From assembly GCA_043228905.1 (NCBI GenBank), contig JBHGNT010000002.1, positions 5,642,001 to 5,706,000 of the forward strand: a DNA stretch of 64,000 nt. Direction: 5' to 3'. The notes beneath the pieces were generated by a model, which did no database searches, was not told where the DNA came from, and saw only the letters and a program-made list of their open reading frames with translations. The translations under genes were made by a program, and so were the position numbers. This DNA is from Azolla caroliniana (taxonomy: Eukaryota > Plantae > Polypodiophyta). Of the stretch, positions 63,137 through 64,000 are shown in pieces. Numbering within the stretch: position 1 is the first letter of the stretch; every line of letters begins with the position of its first letter.

Positions 63137-64000
63137 ACGTGATTCACAAGAATGTCGTCTATTTGGACGGCAACATGATCCACTAGAGCGAGACCCGAAA
63201 GCCACTACAAGTGAACTTCGGAAGAGGCGGGCTGAAAAAGATCGTGGAAGAGGAAGATGCAAGGCATGTGGAAGCCATGCACTATGCCGCATCGGTGGGA
63301 ATACGAGTCGGAAGAGAAAATCTAAAGACGATCAAGTCGGGAGCTGGTTTTTGGCCAACGGTATTCGAGTGTGAAAAGAAAGGAAAAATAGATTTGGAGG
63401 ATCTAAAAGATGCTGATCGGAATGTGCGACGAGTTATCGGATGGTCGGATCCAGTCGACGATAACACAAGCTTTGCGGAGGTTGTGTGACAACTATGAAG
63501 CTCTTGTTGAAGAAAGGAGGAAAAGAATCAGTGAAGAAGGTGGCACATCAAAGCGTCATAATACGAGGAATGCAGGGAAAGGACAAGCCCAACCTATGCC
63601 ACGAAAAGAGATAGGAGAAACAAGCACGAAGACCGGTGGATCGAGCCAACCTTCTCGAATGGAAGTCGATGAATCTATGAAGAAAGGAAAAGAACGAGCG
63701 GCACCAACTTACAAGCTAAGGTTGGACATAGAACAAACAATTGACTTGCGGAAGGTCCTTGAGGAGAAGGTTTTAGACAGTCATGTCGACCTTACTTTGA
63801 GAGAGCTACTTGGGATCACTAAGAAGAAGTTCCATGATACTATTGTGGACTTGATTAAGCGAAAGCTGCAACAATCGGATGAAGAAGAGGTGAAAACAAG
63901 TGCCATAACCATGGCAAGATCGGAAGAGGAGGAGGAAGAAGAAGTGATGGCGGACAACCATTACTCTCGGCCTCATTGGGCAAGAGCGACAACGGAGATG
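63137..64000 (+). pseudogene. Gypsy N gag C-terminus / protease start (continues beyond the window)
   Basis: APTYKL..DIEQTIDLRKVLEE, LRELLGITKK.FHD, HYSRPHWARATTE; homologous to E 13830-14500. Confidence 0.82.

Overview
Plant genomic DNA, most likely from a moss or other bryophyte (inferred from the element types, not shown directly). About 90% of the window is a deeply nested pile of decayed LTR retrotransposons around one intact host gene, a 9-exon Ca2+-dependent staphylococcal-type nuclease (CAN1/CAN2-like, 31498-33808, +). Left nest: Copia A (2626-29881, TSD TGTTG) contains a Gag-only Gypsy derivative B. Each of B's LTRs holds a further Copia (C, D). C contains a solo LTR (F) and an autonomous tRNA-Trp-primed Gypsy (E), and E contains a poly(A) retro-insertion. 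Right nest: a Tcn1-like chromovirus with a self-priming signature (H), a Gag-only Gypsy (G), Tnt1-like Copias (K, L, O) and further tRNA-Trp Gypsy pieces (I, J, M, N). Main observations not explained by simple annotation: (1) four tRNA-Trp-Gypsy LTR families carry an antisense tRNA-like A-box/B-box module in U3; (2) their insertion sites are 4-bp TSDs centred on CG; (3) they share a pre-PPT hairpin with a compensatory base-pair change; (4) Gag-only element G is a mosaic and appears to carry a Copia-LTR segment inside its Gypsy LTR; (5) a ~16-kb inversion between inverted LTR copies splits an exon, supported by a TSD match and a restored reading frame. Element letters are my labels. Coordinates were read by eye and may be off by a few bases.
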